The notes under the pieces were generated by a model, which saw only the letters and a list, made by a program, of their open reading frames with translations, did not search any database and was not told the DNA's origin. A stretch of DNA of 64,000 nt, from the IMG/VR virus record IMGVR_UViG_3300031999_000006, positions 1 through 64,000 of that record. One strand, 5' to 3'. Below are positions 44,858 through 52,792 of this stretch, in pieces. The DNA is from a virus (taxonomy: Duplodnaviria > Caudoviricetes). Both the position numbers and the translations under genes were made by a program. Every line of letters starts with the position of its first letter. The stretch's first letter is position 1.

Positions 44858-46794
44858 GACATGCCTCCTTCCTGTTGATTGACCAAAGTTGAGAATCCGT
44901 TTGACTTAGTTATGATCAATTCCTGAGAGAAGTAATCTCTAAACTCACTGAGATGGCTAATCACGTAGATCAGCTTTTCTCGAGACTCTTCCGCCAAAAG
45001 TCCAACCGCCCGCTCAATGCCCACTCGATCCAATGAGTCAAACACCTCATCTAAAACGATTAAGTTCGAGTTTGAGGCCCCGCGCTCATAGACCAGTGAT
45101 TGAAGTGCCAACAGGATAGCAACGTCAATCCTCCTCTTCTCACCACTCGAGCAGGCCGCGTAGTCAATCCGCTCACCGGCCTTGGTAATCCCCACATCGA
45201 ACTTGTCCCGAGTATCCCCGCTTTTCAGAGTTGACTCGGTATCGAAGTCAATGGTGATCTCCTCATCCATCAAGGCATTCGCATAAAATGCTACTCGAGC
45301 ATTTAACTGTGGGATAACTTCATCAAGGAGAAGACTCTTGATCCCAGTATTTCCAAATCCCTCTTCCCAGAACCGGAGGAGTTGCTCTTCCATATTGAGT
45401 TCGCTCAACTGCCGATCAAGATCATGAATCGTTTTCTCGTATGCAGAAATTCTCCCGCCTTCATAGTCTATACTTTTATGAAGTGCCTCTTCCTTTTCAG
45501 ATAGGTTTTTCTGAAGATTGGAAATCTCTTGCTCGGTAATCCTAACTATGCCTTCAAGTTGCTTCGCCTCAAGGGCCTTTTCGGTATATGACTTCAATAG
45601 GGACGACAAGGTATCATCCATTGAGGTCTTTGTTGCAACTATACTAGCGACTTCTTTGTCATACTTTGATCGAACTTCTTTCTCCTTCCCTTCAAACACG
45701 GAAACTTCAGAGGCCAACTCTACCTGCTGAACTTTCAACTTGCCTATCTCTATGTCAAAGTGGGAGGTGACACCAGTCAATGAATCCGCAGTAATGTTCT
45801 GTCCACAGGTTGGGCATAAGGCCCCTGCCTTCATCCGCGAGGCATTAGACTTCTTGGTCTCCAAATCACGAATGGATCCCGAAGTTGATGCCAACAAAAC
45901 TTTCTTCCCCATTCCAGAGTTCGTGATCTCACTAAGTGCAGATTGCTTTTCACGTTCTAGTTTCTGCACCATGGTAAAGATATTCTTGTTCTCAGCATCA
46001 AGGGCGGCATACTCTTTACGCCCCTCCTCCGCATCCTTTTGCTTTTCCTCCATCTTTGCCCTGGTATCACCAAGACCCGATCTCAACCAGCCGATGTGCT
46101 CTTCCGCCTCTGCCTTTTGAAGTTCCAACTGGGTTAACTCTTCCTCACGTTTAGCAAGAGTTTCACTAACCGCCTTCAACCCCTCTTCGGCGGCTTTGTG
46201 TTGAGTGTCATAGTCAGAGGAGGACTCCTTCAATTTCCTAAGATCCTCACGAACTTGCTTTTGTGCATCCTGATATTTCTGAAGCATGAGAATCTCGTCA
46301 AAGATTTGCTTCTTTTCAGAATCCCTTGCCTCGGTGAACCTTTGGGCCTTCTCACCAAAGACAACTGCTGTTGAAAAGACCAACCAATTCATTCCCAGAA
46401 TCGAGTCAATAATTACTTGAGTTTCCTTTGCCTCGGAGGATGTAAGTTCCTTGTCCCCCTTATAAAACAAAAGGGAGTGCTGGAGTTTCCTATCGTTTCG
46501 ATACCGAGCAATCATGCAGGCCTCACCATGATCATCCTCAAAGATGATCTCGACCATGCAATCCTTTCCCACCGAACGATTAACTACATCCCCCTTGCCT
46601 ACGTTGCGAAGCGTCTGTCCATAAAGACCCCAACATAGGGCCTCAAAGACCGCTGATTTTCCCGCACCATTACTCGAACTGATTCTACCGTCCTCAATCT
46701 CACCACCAACGAATACCAGACCATTGGGTGGGAAGGCAAGAGTGAACTCCTTAAAGCTCATGAAGTTTTTTGCTTGAAGTTGAAGGAATCTCAC
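44854..46794 (-). CDS. sbcC: SbcC/Rad50-like ATPase (T4 gp46-like)
   Basis: NFMSF, SNGAGKS, CPTC zinc hook, SSGEKRR, LDEVFD, ISH. Confidence 0.92.
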   Translation of the reverse strand: MRFLQLQAKNFMSFKEFTLAFPPNGLVFVGGEIEDGRISSSNGAGKSAVFEALCWGLYGQTLRNVGKGDVVNRSVGKDCMVEIIFEDDHGEACMIARYRNDRKLQHSLLFYKGDKELTSSEAKETQVIIDSILGMNWLVFSTAVVFGEKAQRFTEARDSEKKQIFDEILMLQKYQDAQKQVREDLRKLKESSSDYDTQHKAAEEGLKAVSETLAKREEELTQLELQKAEAEEHIGWLRSGLGDTRAKMEEKQKDAEEGRKEYAALDAENKNIFTMVQKLEREKQSALSEITNSGMGKKVLLASTSGSIRDLETKKSNASRMKAGALCPTCGQNITADSLTGVTSHFDIEIGKLKVQQVELASEVSVFEGKEKEVRSKYDKEVASIVATKTSMDDTLSSLLKSYTEKALEAKQLEGIVRITEQEISNLQKNLSEKEEALHKSIDYEGGRISAYEKTIHDLDRQLSELNMEEQLLRFWEEGFGNTGIKSLLLDEVIPQLNARVAFYANALMDEEITIDFDTESTLKSGDTRDKFDVGITKAGERIDYAACSSGEKRRIDVAILLALQSLVYERGASNSNLIVLDEVFDSLDRVGIERAVGLLAEESREKLIYVISHLSEFRDYFSQELIITKSNGFSTLVNQQEGGMS

Positions 46795-47810
46795 AGCAAG
46801 TACCTCCGCCCAGTTTCAATTAACAAATTCTCGTCAAGATCAGTGCCCCTTGACTTGACATATTTTGTAATCAAGTCCAAAGTTGAATCCGAAAAACTGA
46901 TTGAAGTCCTTTTCTTCTTATCCGACACCGCCTCAACCTTGACTCGTTTCCAATGGAATCGAGATAAATCAGGAATAGTTGACCCCTTGATGATAAACCG
47001 GAAAAAGTCGCGAGCGGCCTCCTCATCACTAATCGTGGGCAATTCGTCGCCGACCTCAACGATCGCCGTTCTAAAACGAGGAGAGACCGTATTAAGAAGT
47101 TGTTTGACCACCCCCTCATCCGTATCAAGGAATAGCCAGCCTTTTCCTTGATCCTGCTCCCCAAACGACAGCATCAGGGGTGAACCGATTGACCAGACAG
47201 TGGGTGACATTGACTTTTGATCATGGAAGTGGCCCACGAAAGAGAACGGGAACCGATCGGCCAGTAACTCTGGATACAATCCCTTCTCAACCAGGAACTT
47301 TCCGTACATTGATCCTATCATATCTTGATGAAGGATAGCGATCGTTTTTGAAGTTCGGGGATGTGCCTTCAATTGATCATTGAGGGAGTCAATGTCTCGA
47401 GTAAAAGGAAAAATCTTGATAGTCCAGCCAAAGCATGTCACTTCATTATGAGTTCCGATAGTGGGTAGATGAATGTTTCCTGAAAACTCCGACAGTATTT
47501 CCAAAAGAATAGGATCACTTCCCCACCCACGATAGTCATGATTGCCCGGACAGATTACGATTGGGGCTATCTCCGAAAGTTCCTCCATCTTCTTCATGGT
47601 AAGTTTGATCACCTGAGAGTCCACAAAGTTTTTCAGATGAAAGATATCACCACCAAAAACAATCACGTCTACCTTAAGTTTCAGAGCATCCTCGGCAATC
47701 AGATCAAGGCATAGCAGATGCTCCAACAACCGGGAATTAACCCCCTCATTGATTGTCGAAAACTCTTGGTAATTGTGATCGTGAAGATCGGAGAAGATCA
47801 AGGTTCGCAT
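46791..47810 (-). CDS. sbcD: SbcD/Mre11-like nuclease (T4 gp47-like)
   Basis: SDLH, GDIF, GNHD, GHFH, GSP...FGE. Confidence 0.9.
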   Translation of the reverse strand: MRTLIFSDLHDHNYQEFSTINEGVNSRLLEHLLCLDLIAEDALKLKVDVIVFGGDIFHLKNFVDSQVIKLTMKKMEELSEIAPIVICPGNHDYRGWGSDPILLEILSEFSGNIHLPTIGTHNEVTCFGWTIKIFPFTRDIDSLNDQLKAHPRTSKTIAILHQDMIGSMYGKFLVEKGLYPELLADRFPFSFVGHFHDQKSMSPTVWSIGSPLMLSFGEQDQGKGWLFLDTDEGVVKQLLNTVSPRFRTAIVEVGDELPTISDEEAARDFFRFIIKGSTIPDLSRFHWKRVKVEAVSDKKKRTSISFSDSTLDLITKYVKSRGTDLDENLLIETGRRYLL

Positions 47811-48454
47811 ATAATTTGCCCCTCGTAGTCTAGGTCATCAAAGATCACAGGAAATCTATCTCGGAAGTTAAGAAGAATTTCCTGCATTAGCAATCGCATC
47901 TGGGGGTGAGCGTTCTTGGCACATCTTTGACCAAATATCAATCTCCACTCCCGCAGGTTCGCAGTCATGACAATCTCGGTCTTTAGATCGTTGGGTAGGA
48001 CACCTCGTGCCTTTTCAGCTCCCCAACCTAGTCGACGTAATGTGAAGTAGGCCACCTCGGCATTCTTCATAGCATGCTCCCAAGCTAACGATGCCTCACT
48101 ATCAGTATCTTTACCAAAACTTAGCCACACAGGAAGGATTACGGTGATGGATCCTTCCTTACCATAGTCACACCATCTAGTCGACTCTTGTGAATACGAA
48201 GCGATTCGATGGCGTACCAACTCATGGCTGACTCCCCGATTGGTAATGATTCTCACGGTGACTGAAACATGCTCGAGTACGGAAGTATGCCCAGCCTTAA
48301 TTAACTTAGCAACGAAGAACCTAGCTGAGTCGTCCGTAATTCTATTCTCAGACTTATAGCAGGTACGACCAATTCTCTCCAACTGGTATAGTACCAGAGA
48401 GCCGGAGATTGGTACAGATTCCACAAACGAGAATGACTGCTTGATGATTCTCAT
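47798..48454 (-). CDS. thyX: Flavin-dependent thymidylate synthase
   Basis: GHTSVLEH, HELVRHRIASYSQESTR, ARGVLP, NLREW, AHPQMR. Confidence 0.95.
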   Translation of the reverse strand: MRIIKQSFSFVESVPISGSLVLYQLERIGRTCYKSENRITDDSARFFVAKLIKAGHTSVLEHVSVTVRIITNRGVSHELVRHRIASYSQESTRWCDYGKEGSITVILPVWLSFGKDTDSEASLAWEHAMKNAEVAYFTLRRLGWGAEKARGVLPNDLKTEIVMTANLREWRLIFGQRCAKNAHPQMRLLMQEILLNFRDRFPVIFDDLDYEGQIICEP

Positions 48455-49368
48455 ACCTTACTCCTGTTCTGAAAAGCTAGAAAAGGTCCCATGAACCCCC
48501 CCACGTTCTCAAGTACACGATCAAAGCCATACCGGTTGGCAATCTCGTAAATGTTTGTCAGGATATCCCCATCAGTTCCAGGAATGAATCCAGTGGCAAT
48601 TTCCTCCTTAGTAATGGAACGAAACTCAATAAGATCAATCATCTTTTTATAGGTTTCGTATTGGTTGTCCAAAGCAGTAATTAAACCGGCATTCTTTTCA
48701 ACCCATTCCTCGGGTGCACCGCCTTTCAAATACTCAATTAATTTCTTTGCTTTAGTGGGACCGATACCATAAACTCCAGGAAGATTATCACTTGGATCGC
48801 CAACCAGAGCTTTGTAATAGAGATAAAAGTCAATGGAGAATCCCAACTTGGCTTCGATCTCCTCCTTGGTATAGAGGATCTGCTTAATCGGTGAGTAGAT
48901 AGCTACCTCAGGATAGTGAGCAACCAACTGAAACATATCCTCATCAGTTGAGATGATAAAGGCCTGCTCCTCCTCTCGGAGTGCAGGATTCAGCAAGCTG
49001 AAGATCACATCGTCAGCCTCGCGCCTTCGTACCCGGACTTGATCAATTCCCAACTTGGTAATACTATCCTTAAGTCGGTTCAACTGATCAAAGAAAATGT
49101 CTCGTTCCTTTTTCTCCGCCTCTGTCAATTCCTTATCCCGTTTCTTATACTCAGGATATATGGAAGTACGGGATTGATCATGCCCCCCATCCCATACCAC
49201 CACCAGCCGATCAGGACTGAAAAGTTCAAGATAGTTCCGTAACATCATCAGACCTATCTTGATCACTTCGGTCCTTTGATCCTTATAAGATAGGGGGGAC
49301 CGTCCATATGCCATCCAACCTAGATTGTTTCCATCAATCAGTAATAGTGAAGTAATCGTATCCATCAT
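48451..49368 (-). CDS. 5'-3' exonuclease / RNase H (FEN-like)
   Basis: LIDGNN, WDG, YPEYK, EADD, STDED, GDPSDNLPGV.GIGP. Confidence 0.92.
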   Translation of the reverse strand: MMDTITSLLLIDGNNLGWMAYGRSPLSYKDQRTEVIKIGLMMLRNYLELFSPDRLVVVWDGGHDQSRTSIYPEYKKRDKELTEAEKKERDIFFDQLNRLKDSITKLGIDQVRVRRREADDVIFSLLNPALREEEQAFIISTDEDMFQLVAHYPEVAIYSPIKQILYTKEEIEAKLGFSIDFYLYYKALVGDPSDNLPGVYGIGPTKAKKLIEYLKGGAPEEWVEKNAGLITALDNQYETYKKMIDLIEFRSITKEEIATGFIPGTDGDILTNIYEIANRYGFDRVLENVGGFMGPFLAFQNRSKV

Positions 49369-49487
49369 GCCCTCCGAATCAGCTCAACAAATCTTTTCAG
49401 AAAGGCTCTAAGGCATCTTGGACAGTAAACTCGGCCCTTTCGAAGCTTTGGTTTGCGAGTCTTTTTACCACACTCGTCGCAGATCAT
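49365..49487 (-). CDS. Small zinc-ribbon protein (40 aa)
   Basis: Not in ORF track. MICDECGKK...YCPRC; TAATG and ATGA overlaps on both sides. Confidence 0.65.
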   Translation of the reverse strand: MICDECGKKTRKPKLRKGRVYCPRCLRAFLKRFVELIRRA

Positions 49488-49753
49488 TATTGACATAACT
49501 CCCCTACCTTCCTCAAGTCGGTTGAGGAAAAGACAGGCACTCCTTTGTATGACTCTCCGATCTCGGCATCGGTCACCGCAAACTCATCACCACTATGTGC
49601 CTTCATCCGAACTACATGAGTCCTGAGAAATGTGCTATCCCCCTCCACCACAAAACCTTTCGGCCGCTGACCTGATAGCTGATAGACAAGCTGACTGACC
49701 AAAGTACGATCACTACGACGTAGATACATCTTTAGGAGTATGCACTTATTCAT
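49487..49753 (-). CDS. Hypothetical protein
   Basis: 88 aa, overlap-coupled. Confidence 0.55.
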   Translation of the reverse strand: MNKCILLKMYLRRSDRTLVSQLVYQLSGQRPKGFVVEGDSTFLRTHVVRMKAHSGDEFAVTDAEIGESYKGVPVFSSTDLRKVGELCQ

Positions 49754-50703
49754 TTCTTGCCCACGAACTCTTCGTAATTCTTAGGAAAGTCCTCACTCCG
49801 AAACTTCTTAGTCTGTTCAGGAAACTTGTACCAGCCGGCAATGCTTTCCAACTCACCATGTCTGACCATGTAATCAAGCAATCCTGAGTAAGTGTCAATC
49901 GGTTTGTCTGTTAGCATCTCAAAGTTCACCACCCCGAAGGGCCGGCAAATCTTTGACTTCGCAACCTCTAAACGTCCTTTGTACCCGTCAAGTTCCTTGG
50001 TTGACTCATTCCTAATTGCCCCCGATAGGAAGCAGTGAAGGCGAAGGGAAGCAGTGAACTTGATCGCCTTACCGCCCACCGTCTCCGTTTTCTCTCCATA
50101 CATAACCCCGATCTTGTCTCGGATCTGATTGATGAAGATCAGACAGATTTTACTTTGGTAAACCTTCGCCATGACTTGCTTGAGGCCGTCACCGATTACC
50201 TTTGCCCTTCGCATTGAGGCCTCACTACGACCAATCTCCTTCTCTAAGTCCTCAATTCCTGGAGTAGCGGCAACAGAATCCCAGATTATCGTAAGTAGCT
50301 GATCTGGGTCATCATCACGAAGCAGTTTCACACTTTCACCAATGACCTTGAAAACATCCTCAATAGTTTTTAACTGGGTATCAGGATCGGGATAGAAAAA
50401 GGTATCGTCCAACTTGACACCGGTCAGAGTTATCAACCCCTGATCAAGAGCGCGTTCGGTATCAATCAGGACGGCTCGACCACCTAGACGCTGAGTCTCA
50501 GCAATGACATGACAAGCGATCCTACTTTTCCCTGTACTGAAGTCACCATATATTTCGGACAGTTTCCCTGCAGGGATACCGCCTCCGATAACCCGATCAA
50601 TAGCCAGGATACCAGTGGGCACTCTGAACTTGACCAATTCACTAATACGATCGGCCAGATTGATAGTCCCCAGTTTATTGTGAAGATCACCTGTCTTAGT
50701 CAT
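49750..50703 (-). CDS. recA: RecA/UvsX recombinase
   Basis: PTG...D..IGGGIP.G...EIYG..STGKS, IDTE, WDSVAA, FINQIR, GGKAIKF.AS.R. Confidence 0.93.
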   Translation of the reverse strand: MTKTGDLHNKLGTINLADRISELVKFRVPTGILAIDRVIGGGIPAGKLSEIYGDFSTGKSRIACHVIAETQRLGGRAVLIDTERALDQGLITLTGVKLDDTFFYPDPDTQLKTIEDVFKVIGESVKLLRDDDPDQLLTIIWDSVAATPGIEDLEKEIGRSEASMRRAKVIGDGLKQVMAKVYQSKICLIFINQIRDKIGVMYGEKTETVGGKAIKFTASLRLHCFLSGAIRNESTKELDGYKGRLEVAKSKICRPFGVVNFEMLTDKPIDTYSGLLDYMVRHGELESIAGWYKFPEQTKKFRSEDFPKNYEEFVGKK

Positions 50704-50720
50704 TGTCTCACCTTTCACCT

Positions 50721-50790
50721 AAAAAAGAATCCGGACCGGAGGGAGGAAAGTTGGGCGCCACGATCGCTACCCCAGCCAGTCCGGATCCTC
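50721..50790 (-). terminator. Terminator-like stem with unusually large loop after SSB gene
   Basis: GAGGAUCCGGACUGG/CCGGUCCGGAUUCUU followed by U-tract; ~36-nt loop. Confidence 0.55.
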
Positions 50791-50794
50791 ACTG

Positions 50795-51955
50795 TTACTT
50801 TTTCCCTAACCGAGCCTTGGCGGCCTCGATCTTCTTCTTGATCTCGTCCAGCTTTTCCTGCGGCGGCGGGGTACTAGTCGCCTTCTCCGTAGGAGCCTTC
50901 GTGGTGGGCGGAACCGGTTTGGGGGCCGCTGGTTTAGGTTTGGGTGCCTCTTCCTTAGGCTTCTCAACCTTCGCCTTTTTCTCCGCCTCTTCCTTTGCCT
51001 GCTTAGTAGCAAGGGCCTTCCGTTCCTTAAGCTCCTTCATCTGGGCCTCAAGCTTAGCCATAGTGTCGTCCTCAGACTCAGCCGGGACCGCTTCCTCAGC
51101 CGCTTCCTCAGCCGCTTCCTCGACCACGTCCTCAGCCACTTCCTCAGCGCCCGCTTCGGCGGAAGTTTCTTCAGCGACCGGTGCCTCTTCGGCACTAGCC
51201 GCTTCGCGTTGCTTTCTCAGGTCGTCACGAAGAAGATCTCTCTCCTCCGCATTGCCAAAAGTCTTGATCGTCACCAAATCGAAGTCCGCTTCCGGATACA
51301 ATGCCTTCACATCCAGGTCGACGATCTGTTCTGCCCAGGCAGACATCTCTTCCTCCGTACCCAGCGGTGAGGGGTCGGTAGGATAAACATTGTACATAGA
51401 CTGTGGTAGGGCCGTCTTGTCAAATACCAACATAAGATCCCGACCTGAAGTCTCGAGTTTACCGGACTTGTCGAACTTGTCGAACAAGTTGGACATCCTG
51501 CCCTTGGACGAGATGATCTGCATGATCTTCTGGTAGACACCCTGTACCGGTGCCTCGTAGAGCTTCACTCCATCTTCCGGCTTTTCTCTGTCAATGACGT
51601 TGAAGACGCCGAACCTCTTGGGCCGGTACTTGTTGGCCTCCTCAGGTTGTTTGGCCTTGATCAAACGGAACATTTCTTCGCAGGCAGGACACTTTGTCCC
51701 GTAGGTCTCCCGGTTACAGACGAACCGCTCGGTCTTGTCATCCTCGGCGTGCTTGATGAAGTGCACAGCCGCGTACAGGTGATAGGAAACCTTCGCTCCT
51801 GCCCGGGCGGGGAGGAGTCGGATCTGGTTTCCATCGGGCCCACTCTTGGGTCTCCAGTGCTTCTCTGACCAGTCAAAGCCCTGAGCACGCTTTTTCTCCT
51901 GATCAACCACTCGTTGAGCCGATTCAGTATCCGGCTCACCAAAAAGTTTTGCCAT
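50795..51955 (-). CDS. Single-stranded DNA-binding protein (T4 gp32-like) with low-complexity tail
   Basis: IRLLP, H...VC...CPAC, NVIDR, GRD; acidic then Lys/Pro-rich C-terminus. Confidence 0.8.
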   Translation of the reverse strand: MAKLFGEPDTESAQRVVDQEKKRAQGFDWSEKHWRPKSGPDGNQIRLLPARAGAKVSYHLYAAVHFIKHAEDDKTERFVCNRETYGTKCPACEEMFRLIKAKQPEEANKYRPKRFGVFNVIDREKPEDGVKLYEAPVQGVYQKIMQIISSKGRMSNLFDKFDKSGKLETSGRDLMLVFDKTALPQSMYNVYPTDPSPLGTEEEMSAWAEQIVDLDVKALYPEADFDLVTIKTFGNAEERDLLRDDLRKQREAASAEEAPVAEETSAEAGAEEVAEDVVEEAAEEAAEEAVPAESEDDTMAKLEAQMKELKERKALATKQAKEEAEKKAKVEKPKEEAPKPKPAAPKPVPPTTKAPTEKATSTPPPQEKLDEIKKKIEAAKARLGKK

Positions 51956-51967
51956 TGGTTACCTCCT

Positions 51968-52435
51968 TTAAGGTTTGGCTAATTCTTGCTTCTTTATGTA
52001 AATAGACGGGTCTGCCTGCACCCGCATATTTGAAGCCAACGAGATAAGGATGTCCTTCCGATGATAAAAGGACTCCTTAATCGCACCCAAGATACCAACG
52101 TTCTTCCGTGCCGTCGCAAAGTTCTCCTGGGCTCCCTGGAAGGTAGGATCCAAACGAATCCTGTTCTTAACCATGGTCTCAGTGACTTTGTCACCGGCCG
52201 ACTCCTTCCGTATTCTCTCATCCAGGATTGCCTCGGCCATCTCAAGTGTAGTCTTCGCCTCGGCCATCTCAGCCTGGGCGACTTCAGAGAGTACGGCATA
52301 CCAAGCAAACAAACTTGGCTGGTCCTTCAGATCATCATTAATAGTCTCCTCACTGCACTTGAGTTCCTTCTGATAGTCGATGGTATATGTCTTCCCACCG
52401 ACCACCATCTCAACGGGAAAGAATTCTTTATCCAT
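51968..52435 (-). CDS. UvsY-like recombination mediator
   Basis: Helical; QP...AWY, KVTE...I..DP, F..RK..L; adjacent to SSB and RecA. Confidence 0.65.
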   Translation of the reverse strand: MDKEFFPVEMVVGGKTYTIDYQKELKCSEETINDDLKDQPSLFAWYAVLSEVAQAEMAEAKTTLEMAEAILDERIRKESAGDKVTETMVKNRIRLDPTFQGAQENFATARKNVGILGAIKESFYHRKDILISLASNMRVQADPSIYIKKQELAKP

Positions 52436-52438
52436 GTT

Positions 52439-52783
52439 TTACTCCTGACACCGCCACACGGAAAAGGTTCCGTTGTGTAGATCCTCCATGACTTTATAGA
52501 CATAATCCTCAACCTTGAACTCCTGGTTGCCCTGACCCGGTCGCCATACTCCTACATGGATAGGATGCCCACAGACATCTATATCTGGACGATCCAGACG
52601 GACAAGGTCAATAATGTCAACCCCTGACTCCATTTTCACAAATGGATATGGTTTTAAACAAAGGAACTTAGGATCAATTTTCTCCCACGCATAGGCCTTA
52701 GGGAAGATGATCTTCAGACCTTTCTCCGAATCCGGACCAAGAAGATGTACCAACTGCCTAATCTGACTTGCACAAAGTCTCAT
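52439..52783 (-). CDS. Hypothetical protein
   Basis: GAGG RBS; 114 aa. Confidence 0.55.
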   Translation of the reverse strand: MRLCASQIRQLVHLLGPDSEKGLKIIFPKAYAWEKIDPKFLCLKPYPFVKMESGVDIIDLVRLDRPDIDVCGHPIHVGVWRPGQGNQEFKVEDYVYKVMEDLHNGTFSVWRCQE

Positions 52784-52792
52784 ACTGTCCTC

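Noticed and set aside
51085-51150. Tandem cgcttcctcagc repeats
   Set aside because: Encode low-complexity AAEE segments in the SSB tail.
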